Source: Geosiphon pyriformis uo1
Lineage: Eukaryota; Fungi; Glomeromycota
Reading direction: 5' to 3'
Assembly: GCA_016748015.1 (NCBI GenBank)
Contig: JAAOMT010000328.1
Coordinates: 124,001 to 188,000, forward strand
Length of the DNA stretch: 64,000 bases
Shown here: positions 1 to 13,479 of the stretch, in pieces
How the letters are laid out: each line of letters starts with the position of its first letter
Position numbering within the stretch: the stretch's first letter is position 1
Made by a program: the position numbers and the translations under genes
Notes under the pieces: generated by a model
The model's input: only the letters and a program-made list of their open reading frames with translations
Databases searched by the model: none
Told to the model about the DNA's origin: nothing

Positions 1-100
1 GTGTAGAAAATGCATGATTCACATCTAGTTTAGATCATTTGTATAATGTATTATACTAGATAGTATTTGGATCTTACTTGTTAAATTAAATAAAAAAAAA
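1..100 (+). mobile_element. 3' UTR and poly(A) tail of a LINE that extends left of the window
   Basis: gcatgattcacatctagtttagatcatttgtataatg...tttggatcttacttgttaa followed by an A-run matches the 3' UTR of LINE D (38719-38858). Confidence 0.85.
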
Positions 101-275
101 TTTAATTATTTAAATTTATATTCTTAAAATATTATTATATTTTTTTTTATTTTTTTATTTTAACAAGTGAAGTCCAAACACTGTCTAGTACAATATATTA
201 AAGAATCAATCTAAATTAGATATGAATTATGCATTTTTTATACATGACCAATTATTCAAGCCAATCAAAATAACA

Positions 276-3200
276 CTATGCACCTATATAAATTAAGACT
301 GAATTTCCAACACCTGAAGAAAACAAACAAGATTTATAAAAACCAAAACTAGTACCAAATACTTTAGTAATACTAAGCAACTTAGTTACACCATTAGAGA
401 ACTTAAATAACAACCCAAAAACTGGAACTGGAGCTAAATTATCACATGATATAAGCCCATTTTTTTCCATGAATGCATAATGCTTAGCACAAATTAACCA
501 AATTTCATTCCTAAAAACAAGACAAAAACCATACACAAAGTCCACAACTTTTTGACCTGTAACTTTGAAACTTTTAAAGACAGAAGCAGCTTCTTAAATC
601 CAATTATTAAAGACAAAGTCCTTACAAAAAGCTGTGCATACTGTAATATTTGGAGCACAAAAGAACAACAACTAAGACACACATAAAAAAGAACAAGAAA
701 AACCAAAAAGTGTATCCCAAACAACTGCATAAGCATTCAACAAACAGTAATGAACAGAATCATCAACTATACAAGAAAAAGCATAGTCCAAAACCTCAAC
801 ATCATCACAATACAAACACAACATACTGGAATAACACTTGTCATACAAATGCTTTTGAACAGCAACTGGCAGCCAATAGTGCAAAGCTTTCATGAAATAT
901 GTGCAGACACCAGCAGTAGACTCATTAGTAAAACCAACAGTTATATACAAATTGGGATATTATACCAAAAATAAGCTAAATTAATCAATATTTGAGAACA
1001 AACTATTATTCAGAATCTTAGAACTAGAACCAATTTCCCAATGTATACAATAAACAGACTAAAAGATCTCATGAACAAAATATCTAGAATTACCAGAAAT
1101 TATACTACCTTCAGCCAAAATATACTGTTCCTTTAATTGGAAGAGGAGGGGAGAGAAAGTATTAGGAAGAAAAAAAGGTGGCTTTAGCAAGAACATCAGC
1201 ACATATATTACCCAAAACATCTGAATGACTTTTTATTTTGCACCAGTTAACATCTAAATTTTTTCTCTGAATAATGTTTGCAATATGCTAATACTTAACT
1301 TAACAACAATTTCTATAATTTGAATGTATTAGACCCAATTCTAATTTACATGTATTCAAAGTAATCTAACTGTTCATAAAAAAACAAACTAAACTATAAG
1401 ATGGAATACACTCAAGGACCAATACTATAGCTTACAACTCTGCCAAAATAGATGACATCAAACCAGAAATCTTAACACCCAAACCCAAGTTAATGTTCTT
1501 AAAAAAAACTACTGCACCAGCTTTTATGCTAAGTTTTCCCAAATTTTTTAACAATCTATCTGTATAGACAAAAAGACCACCAACATCAACATTCAACAAA
1601 CAATTGCAAACTACTTCAAACTTACAAAACTTGAGAACATTTAAAGACCTAAGAACATTCAAAGAAAATACACACATGGAAGAGAAATCTATACCACTGA
1701 GAAAATTAACAAAAAGCTTAAACTAGTTAAGAATTAGGCCATGTGAGTCCAGTCTTTTCTAATGCTTAAAAGTTTTTCAATTAAAAATAGCTCCATTTTT
1801 ACCATGAAACTGGTCCATAAAAGCAATGCTATACTGCTAAAGTGAAGAAAAAAACTTAAAAAATCTGGTCTTGCTAAGAATAATCAACATAGAAGTTCTA
1901 TCATAAAGACAAAAAGCATTGTTTATGTGGCCACCCAGAGACAAATTGTACTCAAGAAAAATATGAATCACACTTGCCAAAAAATTATTAGAAGTACTGA
2001 TTCTAATACAAGTTGAGAACATTAAAGGATAAAGTAAACACCAAGACAAAATTTGCAAGTTATGAGACCTGTATAAAAACAAATGACCCAAAATCCCAAT
2101 AGAATTTACAAAACACACAACAAAAACAACTTTGCTTTTAGCCTGAACTTGTTCAAAAGTCTTCAAACCATATAGCAAAAGGTGGTAAAGTGTGTTATTG
2201 GAGAAATTGAAAGGCAGACTGGACTTTGATTTCAAGCTCTTACAAATCAAAGCATTCCACTTATTATATACACCAGTAGGAACAAAGCTAAATTGCATCC
2301 TGTAGCTTACTATAAAATAAAGAACTGCCAACACCAAATACAAAAACTGTTTATGAGAAATAGCTTTCTTTAGAACAAGATTGACAAAAAACCAGACATT
2401 CAAATGTGCTTTAGCCAAGCTAGGCTTTAACAAACTCTCAGTAGATAGAAAAATGCCCAAGTAGTGATGAAACTCTCTCTTTTTGGTGATGGAAATAGGC
2501 AAATTACTGATTGATAAAAAAGAGCATTCAACTCTGCAATTAATAGGAATGACCACTATTTTGTTATTATTAACAGAAATGTCATTGATTCAAAAAAATT
2601 TACTAGCAACATTAAGAATGTGTTGGGTAGCAGTTTGGCTGCTACCAACTCAGATTGTATCATCAACAAAGGCACCAGCAGTGAGAAAAAATATCAATCC
2701 AGCTTGAGATTCAAAATGACCAGTTTTGACAACAAAATAAGAATTCAATCTATATTTACACATACTCTTCTGTCTTTTAACTTCACACAGAAAAAAATCA
2801 TAAAATATGCACCAAAGAAAGAATAAAAACATCTTTTTTTGATCCAAACTATCATGTACTTGGTATCTATTTGTTAATCCAAAATCAGTTATTACTTTAT
2901 TAACATGGTCATTATGAATGCTGCCAAAAAACCTAATAAATTTGTTACACATTTTTATTCTAACTAGGCTCTTTCTTAGATGTTTTTACTTAACAGGATC
3001 ATAAGCCTTCCACATATTCTGCAAAACCAGTCAGAGTTTATGGTTTTTCTTCAAGGCATTCTCAACTACTGAACCAAGGCAAAAATAAGAGATTGCATTG
3101 TTGTATCTTTTAAAACTAAAAAATTGTTTCTATAAAGAACATCAAAAGTGCTATATGTCAAAGAGATCTGGTTAAAAAGTATTTTGGAGAGTATTTTACA

Positions 3201-4949
3201 AGTAGTCTCAATCAAAGTAATAGGTTGGGTATTCATAAGAACGTTTTTTCACTTATAAGATTTGAGAATCATTGAAACCCAAGCCTTTTTCTAAGTATTA
3301 GGCACTAATTCATAAGACAGACAAAAGTTCAAAAACACCAAAAGCATATCCAAAACAGATTTGTCACAATGTTTCCAAAGCTTATTCAAGATACCAGAAA
3401 GACCAACAGTTTTGCCATTAAGCAGATTAGAAACCATATTAAGCAACTCATCAAAACTAACTGGGCTTATTACATTTGAAAAAACATTTGAAAAAACATA
3501 TTCCAATGGATAATACTGACAGAATTAATTACCAGAGAGATCTGTAATTACTTTATGTTTTCTAGTCTAGCCTTCCATGATTACATCTATCTTAAACTTA
3601 ATCAGATCAGGCTTTAGAACCAATTCATTATCAACAATCAGATGGTCTAATACTACTTTGTAAAAAAAATATTCTAATATATTCTTGATAGTATGACCCT
3701 TGTTTACTTCAAAATCCTTCATTTTTTTATTAATTGCTGCTTTAATCTGAGATTTCCTAACACATTTCAACTCCAACATCTTAAAGAAACAATAAAACTT
3801 TTTAATCTTGGCCAAAACTGACCTAATAATATCAAAATAAGACCCCAAAAGGAAAAAAAATTTTACTTCAAAGGCATAAACATTATTAAGATAGTCTTAT
3901 ATATCCAGTAATAAAGCAAACTTATTTCAGAAAGCCAAATAAGAAGTTTTAATAATTTTAGACACTAAAAGTTTCAGCCTGTAAAATCTGGATGACTCCT
4001 TAGTAAAGATATTATTATAGTTTTTGAACCATTTTTTTCTAAAAATCTCTTTAGCTAACAGACATATAGTCTTGTAAATAGCATTTCACATTAAGTCTAA
4101 ATCTGAGAATCTTATAGCCATGAAAAACTTATTAGAAAACATTGTAGCATTCATTACTGTAGCTTTCTTAAACTTGGTTTATTTGACAATATTAGCATTT
4201 TTAAAATTAAACTTCCAATAATCCCTATTTGCATGTTTGCAAAAAGAGCTTAATTGCATATTTAAAAGTCTTCTCAAATCCATTGACATAGTAACTGCAC
4301 AGTAATCAATATTAAAGTATTTATTGACATTCATAATATTACAATACACTATTGCATTAATTAAATTTGAAAAAACAAACATATAATTAATCATTTTTTT
4401 AGCACCTCTTGACTTTTTCTATATAGAATTCCTAGTGATCAAACTATCTGATAAAGAATTGACCAACTCTAAATCAAGGCACTTCCTAAAACTTGCATTT
4501 TTTTTAGACTTATTTTCATTGAAATCCCCACCCAAAACCACAAAACTGTTAAAGTTGATCTTTAAAGCCAACTCAAACCTAATTTCAACAGAAGCACCAG
4601 CATATAAGCCCAAAATTGTAACCAAAAGCTTGCCTTTAAAGAAAAACTGAACTAAAATAAGACAACCAGAAACCTCCTCAATCTTAGAAGCATAACAAAT
4701 CAAGAAACTGTTTATAACTATTGCTACTTTAGCTTTAAGAAAACTTTTATTCAAATCAGAAATAAAATTTTGCATTCCATCAAACTTATTTGTAATCTAT
4801 GGCCTAATGCTTAATCTCAACTTTATTTCTGTTATAATAGAAATCATATTACCAGAATTAAAATATCAGTGCACAATATTCTTCTGTTTGGCAAAAATGT
4901 TAATGCCATAAACATTACATGTAACTATCTTTCAGATCAAATCACTCAT
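276..4949 (-). pseudogene. LINE A ORF2 (APE endonuclease-RT-RNase H-zinc finger), many stops
   Basis: Fragments contain LGGDFNE (APE), AFVDDTI (RT), VYTD...KAGAVVFF (RNase H) and CLYC..VEVLDY (C-terminal zinc finger). Confidence 0.9.
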
Positions 4950-6797
4950 TAAAAAAAAGAATTTATTAGAGAAACTAAGCCAGTACATAACCAATCTAAT
5001 CTTTCTAAAACCAAATTAACTGAAACTTTAAGAGTGACTATTTTTGATTTCAAACTATTCACCTTAGTGGTTAGAACTTTAGAACTGCTTAAATCTAATT
5101 TTATTGTATTAACACTTACAACTGATAAAAAAAAAATTGGAAAAACTTGTGAATTACCTAAAGCCATATTTATATCCAAATCCACATTCAAAAACACAAT
5201 CTTAGTATAAGAAAAAGGTTGTAAAACAGATATCAGAGGCTTCAGATTAATCATACTCAACTTTTTTATAATGTTCGAAACCTAATCAGTCAAAAGCTCT
5301 AAAAAACATTCCAGAAAAGCCAAATAATCACCAATTGATAAAACATTATTGAAAACCAATACACTTTCTTTTTTATCCAAAACACCAGAAACAGAAAAAT
5401 AAGGACCAGATTCAAGACTGATATTATTAAGAAAGACAGCAAATAAGACCACCTGAACCCATGTTTTGCCACCAAAAGAAACTAAGTAAGCCACTAGAGC
5501 CTGTTTTTTCTTATATATGTTTACCAAATGAACATGATCTTGAAAACTAAAAGTTTTTTTTTTATAACTACCCAAATTTTCATGAGTCAAACACCTATTA
5601 AAAACATGATCTAATTGTTGACATTTGGCACAATAAGCCAAAAAAAAACCAGCCCAGCACAAATTCACATTTTTGAACACTGGAATAGAACCAATAGCAG
5701 CCAATTTAGATGCTTCATTAACAAAACACACTATTATATACTTATTATGTACATATAAGTTGAGATTGTGACCAATGAAGCAAATTTTTTCATCATAGAA
5801 TGACAACAGATCAGAAAAATTATGAACAGTAGTACCAATTAACAAGATATATAATAAAGTCTAATGTTAATCTCTGAATATCCATGTTTGTTTATTATTA
5901 ACAGTTTTTGTTATATGCACTAAATTCTTTCTCATAAGAACTGACTATTTGGAAGCAACTAGACTGACAACATCTATTGATCCAAACTCCATTAGTTTTT
6001 TGTCAAAGACCAATTAATCACATTTTAATTGAAGTAATTTTACCAAATTTGGAAAAAACTGATTCTACAACCAATCTAAGAAAATTAACTGGGATCTTCT
6101 TAACAATTACTTCTTAATCTGATCAGCTGTTTACTTTTCTTATCTTATTATTGACCAAAATTTTCTCATTAACAATCAAATCTCTTGTCTTATTTAAACT
6201 AGATTCTGAAGTAAAAAATAATTTAATAATTCCTGGAAATTTTGAAGGAGTTAAAGCCTCTTCAAAACCATTAATATAATAAAAAATCTTTTTCAAATTC
6301 AATAATTTATCAATATTGGTTTTGCCAGGTACAGCAGAAAGCTTAATATATAATACAAAAAATTTTGTCAAATTAAAACTCCATTTCTCTGAAACATGTA
6401 ATTCAACCAAATGGATTTGCTGGAAACCATTAAATTTAGCCAATAGAAGCATTAAAACATTATTGTTATCACTTAAATTTTCAAAAGACAAAGCTTTCAG
6501 TAAGTAATCCAGAATGTAAGTTTAAGTGCAAGTTTTCTATGGCATTATGTTATCTATGTCTTTGTCAACCACCAAAGCATCTGAATCTGCATAGCTGGTT
6601 TTTTCAACTACCATGTTCCTTATATTTTTAACATCCAATAAGCCACTAATACTACTAGCTTTGCTGTTAATCTTACTTCTCCAAGACATCACAGACTTTT
6701 TACCAAATAAATTCATATTCTTAAGTTTTAACAGACTGATGGATAAGTTAACTACACTAGCACTTGCACCAAATATTTTTGGTTTTTTGTAAAATGT

Positions 6798-7777
6798 TGT
6801 TACCAGACAAAATTAGAGATATTATTTAGCATGAAATTATCTTTATAATTCCCATCATTAATTAACATATATTATCGTTTCAAATTATCACTTATTACAT
6901 TAGCAAAATATCCAAAATTATTATTTAATTAATAACCCAATTTGTATATAACACAAATGTAATCTAAGTGCAATGATCAATCATGCAATACCCCGAACTA
7001 TGTAACATTTAAAAAGTTTGCCAAAATTTGTAGAAATTTGCCGAAATAATTGATAGTTCACCGAAATATCTAACAGTTTGCAGAAATAACTTGTAGTTTG
7101 CCAAAATGTATCTTTAGTTCAGTGAAATTGTAGAAAATAGCAAAGTTCAAGTTCATAGAATAGTGTTACAACAAGTTGTATAAAAGTGGAATTTTTCTCT
7201 TCGAGAAAATGTATCTTACTTTAGATTTATCACTTAGAACCATTCCTACACACACAAAAAAAAATAAATATCAAATAATTCGAAAAACCAAATTCTTTAA
7301 TTAGTGCACTTGAAAAATCCTCAAAACCCAACTAATGTTTTGAAATTGATTAGCTACCAATTTCAGTAAACTGTTAATGACTCCAGGCCTGGATAGAAAA
7401 CGTTTCCCTTGATAAAATCTTATTTCTTTTACATTTCTTTTATTTTTCTTTTTTTTTCTTATTACAATCATTAGGGTAGCCTACAGACGAGATTCCTGTA
7501 GAAGAGTTGACTTTTACAGCAAAGTAACTACACATTTTTAGTGAGCTTCCAGATAAGCAATTCCTGGGAAAGAGTTGACATTTACTACAATGTAACTACA
7601 TAAAGTAACTGGCAAGGAATTGGCCATTCCACTTATAAGCCCAGCAGTTCAAATTATAGGAGATAATTTGAAGATAAATTCAGTTACTGGGGGTTCAACC
7701 ACATCCAGAAAACGTGAATTCACAGCAAACAAGTATTAACAACATTTAAGAAAAGAGACCAAAAACCTCTGGTAACA
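6798..7777 (+). repeat. 5' LTR (family 1)
   Basis: 10-bp terminal inverted repeat TGTTACCAGA...TCTGGTAACA. ~21-nt tandem units at ~7016-7135, TATA-like GTATAAAA at ~7178, palindrome TCCAGGCCTGGA at 7382-7393. Confidence 0.97.
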
Positions 7778-7779
7778 TT

Positions 7780-7797
7780 TGGTGCTTTCCTATGGAA
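7780..7797 (+). promoter_or_regulatory. Primer-binding site (tRNA identity not determined)
   Basis: TGGTGCTTTCCTATGG begins 2 nt after the LTR end; TGG is complementary to the tRNA CCA end. Confidence 0.85.
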
Positions 7798-7799
7798 AC

Positions 7800-9600
7800 A
7801 ACACAGCAAAAACAAATTCAAAGTGGTGACCACACCAGACACAACAACTCTAGAGTATTACCAGTCAATTTACACCCACTGCAAGTAAAGATTCAACATT
7901 CCAGACAAAATTGAAGTTGTCAAGAAATCAGTATACCAATACATTGAAAACTGCATCACAATATATCAGAAGTTAGAAGCAATCTTTACAATAATTTAGC
8001 ACACTATTTACAGTTGGGAACTGAAAATCTTAACAGTGAAACACTTGCCACTTACTTTCAAGAACTTAATTTTAACATTATCAAGTACTGTGAAGAAACA
8101 TATCCAGTGCAGTTTCAATACTCTATTGATTTTGAATCAAAGACAGAAACAAGCAACAAAAGCAAACAAAAATTGAAGCAATACTCAAAAACCACTCCAA
8201 ATACCCCAATACTACTAAAAACAACTGCCAAACACTTACAAACACCTGAACAAGAAACCAGTTCAAAACTTCCACTTACTATCACACCTTTTCCAGCTTT
8301 ACTTGCACAAGCACAAACACCTAATTCACCCTTAAATTGATTTGCAAGACTAGAAGATTTTACATCACTCAGAAGTTTCACCAGACAACAAGAATCCCTT
8401 CAAACTAGTTCCAATCTCCTTGACTTTCTAGCTGAAAATTGAAGTGAACACTCTGAGACAGCAGCAAATGAAGAAAACGACTCTGAAATATCTGAAGAAG
8501 AATCAATAGACAGTGAAAACGAAGAAGACAAAATGACAGCATACATTGCAAAAATCCTTGAATTCAATAAAGAAGACATTGAAACCAGTCCCCAAGAATA
8601 GCTCGACCAGATTACTAAAGCTGGAGATGCAAATGGATGGAATGCTGCCAGAATATTAAGAACAATTCCCTACTTTCTCAAAAGAACAGCAGACGAATGG
8701 TTTGAAAACTTGACCACCCTTTTTAATAACTGGACAGCTTTTAAAACTGCCTTCTTAGAACCATTTACCAATAACAACACCTCAATTACTCTTCAAAATT
8801 GTTTTCGCAATATCAAACAAGAATCCTCCGAATCTGTTATGACTTACATTGGGAAATTCAACAAACTTCTCAGACAAATTCGCCAACTTGAAACTAATGA
8901 TTATTATTCCAATGCTCAAATCTTGGATTAATTTATTGCTGGTTTAAAGGATAAACTGATTAAAAAGATTTGCCCACATGCCCCAGAAGATTTAAACTCT
9001 GCCATTCAGCATGCAAAGAGATATGAAATGGCCATGGAAGAAGCCAATTGTACAAAACTCGTGAACTTAGCCATTGGAGAAACCAGCTCAGCAGCTGAAG
9101 AGAAAATTGACCAATTCACAAAGAAAGTCGAAAACTATTTCACCAACCAACAACAATAGCAATCCCAAAGATATCAACCACTCCAAAAACGGAATCAAAA
9201 CAATTTTACATTATCCTCTAATAACCAGTCTCAGAGTTGCCATTACTGTAGAATTCCTGACCACTGGAAAAGAGATTGCAGAAAGCTACAATGAGACCAA
9301 CAAAATAGAAGTAATCAATATTACCTCCCACCACAGCAATTTTATTATCAACCACCATCACCAGCTTACTATCTACCAAGACCCCAATATCAAAGTAACT
9401 ATTATTAGCCTGTCCCACAGCCAATTCAACAGCAATACCAACAACCACCCACACAACATTATCAAGTATCTGCTCGAAGACTGATTACACAAAATCAATT
9501 CACACCACAAAACTGATACCAAGTAAACAACAATAGAATCAGTTCGAACAACCAATTAGTTCTCTGAAATTCCACTCAACCAAGACCCAACCACTATCAC
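7800..9600 (+). pseudogene. Gypsy gag (capsid-like region, CCHC zinc knuckle, Gln/Asn/Pro-rich tail); boundaries approximate
   Basis: WTAFKTAFLE...IKQESSESVMTYIGKFNKLL (retrotransposon gag-like). CHYCRIPDHWKRDC (CX2CX4HX4C) at 9238-9279. Confidence 0.85.
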
Positions 9601-9621
9601 ACTCAACTCAGTTATTTAACA

Positions 9622-10200
9622 ATGCCAGAAGAACAGGATTTTTACTATACTGCACCCTCAGAAGGTAGAGCTGCAGCACAACAACAAAACCCTTTCTATA
9701 CTCCCACCACAATTCCACCAGCCAGAATCACTGAAAACACCAACCTTTCAGATATATTCTCTTTTGAGTTTGAAGCAAATGAGTCACCATTCTTGCTTAG
9801 CAATGCAGCCGCCAATGAACAAAAAGCAATCATGACTATGTACATTGAAGCAGAAGTCGAAGGAAAGACAATTCACTTGATCCTAGACAGTGGATCCACT
9901 AAAAGCATTATTACCTACCAGTTAATGCAACAGTTAAAGAGAAATGTCGACTGACCAGCTCAAACAATAATCGTTACTGCTGATGGCATGAAAAAGACCC
10001 CAGTAGGAGAAATTGACAATTTTCCATTCACTCTTGATGAATTACCATTCCAGTCAAAGTTCTTGTAATAGACGTGCCCCAGTATCAAGCCCTTGTTGGA
10101 AATGATTGGCTCCAAAAAGCCAATGCAAAATTAGACTGGGAAACCCAAGAATTATAACTCTTCTATCAAGAACAATATACCCAAGTACCCGCTATTTGTG
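9622..10200 (+). pseudogene. Gypsy aspartic protease
   Basis: HLILDSGSTKSII catalytic motif, followed by the downstream ...ALVGNDWL motif. Confidence 0.85.
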
Positions 10201-11214
10201 GTACATTCAACAAATGCTCTAAGAAAGTCCTGGCTTTTGAATTCAAACCAGAAGAGGAAAAACCCATCATTAAAACGTTTATGGCACTTGGATCAACCTC
10301 CAATTGGGCTGATGAAACTGAACAACAGTACTTTTCAATGAATGATTCTCTTAAAACAAAAGAACCAGTGACAACCAGATGGAACGTCCCCTATTTAAAA
10401 CCAGAACTACGAAAACAATGCTCTTACATTCCACTCAAATGCAAAGATTGCCACAAGAAACTTTCATCAATGAGAGCCTGCATTTCACTTGAAGAAGAAT
10501 ATGAAAATCATACTTGTTATTACTGCAAGGCTTGTCACAGAAAACGATGGGGCCATCTAATAAAAAGAAGTGGAAAATGGGACAACACCCCTTGTTTGAC
10601 TTGTGGAGATATGCTACCAGAAGAATACAATTGGATTGATGTAGCAATGAGAGGAAAAGTCTGCGATCAGACCTGTCAATATGCTTTATCAATTTCAGAA
10701 AAAGTAAAAAAAGGAACACCCTTTAATGTGGCATACAACAGTGCTTTCAACAAACTTTATCACTACCCCCATGATGCCAAGATGATTTTCAACCTAGCAA
10801 TAGCATTAATTAATGGAGCTACCAAAGAAAATGTCTGTCAAATAAAGGAAGCAGAATACATTGAATACACGATGGAATTAGCTGGATTCAATTATGAAGA
10901 TGAAGTAGAAGTCTACCACCAAATTGCAAGTCACACCTACCCAACCCAAAAAGCTCAAATTTAACAATTAGAGCAAATGAACATTAGGCTATGTGAAGAA
11001 TGCATTATGCCTTGTGATGAACAGTGGTGTCCTGAATGCTATGCTCTTAGCATCCTCTTGCCCAGTAAAAGTGATGAGAATGAAATTGAATTTGGAAAAC
11101 CTAAAGCAACAGAAGAAATTGAAACAACACCCATCTACCTTATCAAAAATCAGTCTGCCTTACAACTCAAATACTTCAACAACAATGGACAAAAAATAAA
11201 ACCTGAAAAAGTAC

Positions 11215-11595
11215 ATGAAATTGATACTAGATATGACCTAAGATATCCAGACAAGGATACTCTTGTTCTCAAACCCAAATTTCTCACAAAAATCAATCTC
11301 AAAATTGCACTCAAAATCCTGCCAGGAGCAATGGTTCAAATCACCTTCTAGTCCTCTTTGGCAAGCAAAGGAATCAATGTCAGAGGAGGAATAATTGATG
11401 CTGAATATACTGGAGACATTACAGTGATGCTTCAAAATGAAACTAACAAACCATTCAAGATCAAACATGCTGAAAAAATTGCCCAAGCTATTTACCTACT
11501 CCTAATCAACATTTCGGGTTTGCAACTAGTCAATCAAAGAGAACAATTAGGAAAAAGCAATAAAGAAACCCAAGGTTTTGGTTCAACTGGACAAT
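11215..11595 (+). pseudogene. dUTPase domain inside Gypsy pol
   Basis: All five trimeric dUTPase motifs are recognisable: D(T/A)(R/G)YDL, *SSLA (RSS), GIIDAEYTG, KIAQAI, GFGSTG. Confidence 0.9.
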
Positions 11596-12029
11596 TCACA
11601 GTTCCAGTTAATATAGCTCTTAACACACAGAACAAATCCCACCAGATTCTCAGACTTTCACAACCAATTACCATCTCACCCTTTGGAAAACATCCGGAAA
11701 TCTACACCTGCCCAAAGCCAACAACCACACAACAAATTTTTGAGTCCAATGAACAAGTTTGTTTGGAACATAATATTTCGATCTCAAACATTTATATTCC
11801 AGAAGGAACAAAGAAAGTCCGAGTTACTTTTTACAATCCCAACAATTACTTCATAGTTTTATTAAATAATTTAGAAATTGGAGTTATTCACAGTAATATA
11901 TTTCAACAAAAATTATCCCAAACAGTCCCCGATTTCTCTGAAATTATTGGACATTCACTACCAAAAATCAACCCAGACCCCAGCTCTGAAAATTACCATG
12001 TTGTCATAGAAAAACTATCTTAAATCAAC

Positions 12030-13430
12030 ATGAGACAACTTGAACCACAACAACAAAACCAGCTCAAAGAGCTAATTGCAGAATTTGCTGATATCTTTAC
12101 CGAAAACAAAAATAACTTAGGGAGAACCGATTTGGTTCAACATCAAATCTACACAGGAAATGCCAAACCAAGGCAACAACAAGCCTACCGAGTTGCTTCA
12201 GAAAGCCACCAATTCATCCGAGAAGAAGTACAACAAATGCTTAACAACGGGCTCATCCAACCCTTTATGAGTCCTTGGGCTTCATCTGTAGTGCTAGTTA
12301 AAAAGAAAAATGGAAAGATATGATTTTGTGTTGATTATTGACAACTCAACAGTGTTACAATTGGAGATGCCTACCCCCTTCCCTGAATTGATGACATGTT
12401 AGATGCCCTTGGAAAATCCAAATACTTTTCAACACTAGATTTAGAAAGTGATTACTGGCAAGTTGCTATGGATTCCAAAGATCGCCCCAAAACAGCATTC
12501 ACCATCCAAGGCGGAAATTACAAGTTCAATATAATGCCTTTTGGATTATGCAATGCACCAGCAACGTTTCAGAGATTAATAGATGTTGTGTACCAAGGAC
12601 TCCTTTGGAAGTCAGTAGTCGTTTATCTTGACGATACTGATGTTTATTCTCCATCATTTGAATTATACTTAAAACACCTGTGAGAAGTTTTTCAATGATT
12701 ATGAAAAGCAGGACTAAAACTCAACATCAAAAAATGCTACTTTGAAAAAACAAGCTTGGCCTTCCTTGGTCATATTATTAGTAAAGATGGAATCAAACCA
12801 GACCCTGGAAAAATCAGTGTTGTCAAAAACTTCAAAACTCCTCGAAACACTACAGAACTAAAAGGATTCATAGGGTTAGCCTCCTACTATCGAAAGTTTA
12901 TCAAAGAATTCTCAGAAATCACAAAACCTCTCAACCAGCTTACCACCAAAAATGTCGAATACAAATAGACTGCTGAATGCCAAAATGCATTTGAAATCCT
13001 CAAAGAAAAACTAACAACAACTCCAATTCTCATTTACCCAGATTTTAGCAACCAATTCTGATTAGTAACAGATGTCTCTTATACTGTCTTTGGTGCTATC
13101 CTATCACAATTGAACAACAATGGAAATGAGCGAGTAATTGCCTATACTAGCAGAACATTAAAACCAGCTGAAAAAAATTATCCTGCCACTGAATTGGAAA
13201 CAACAGCTGTAATTTGGGCCTTATATCATTTCAACCTTTATCTTCGGCCAAAGGAATTCGATATTATCACTGATAATATTGGACTCAAATGGCTTCAAAA
13301 CAAAAATACTCAGCTAAATGTAAAACAAACCTGATGAACAGGATTTCTAGCAAACTATTGATAGATAGTACATCACAAACCAGGGAAACTCCACACCAAT
13401 GTTGACTGTTTCTCCAGAATAAGACAAGAT
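12030..13430 (+). pseudogene. Gypsy reverse transcriptase and RNase H
   Basis: SPWASSVVLVKKK, YFSTLDL, KTAF, MPFGLCNAPATFQR, VVYLDD, FIGLASYYRKFI; RNase H IAYTSRTLKPAEKNY..TELE, IITD. Confidence 0.95.
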
Positions 13431-13479
13431 TAAAAAACACAAAAACCAACACTCAACTTAACCAACCAAAACAGCCAAC

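Noticed and set aside
7016-7135. Short spaced repeats resembling a CRISPR array (also 60633-60765 and 61158-61267)
   Set aside because: They are degenerate tandem units inside LTRs of a eukaryote, with no unique spacers or cas genes.
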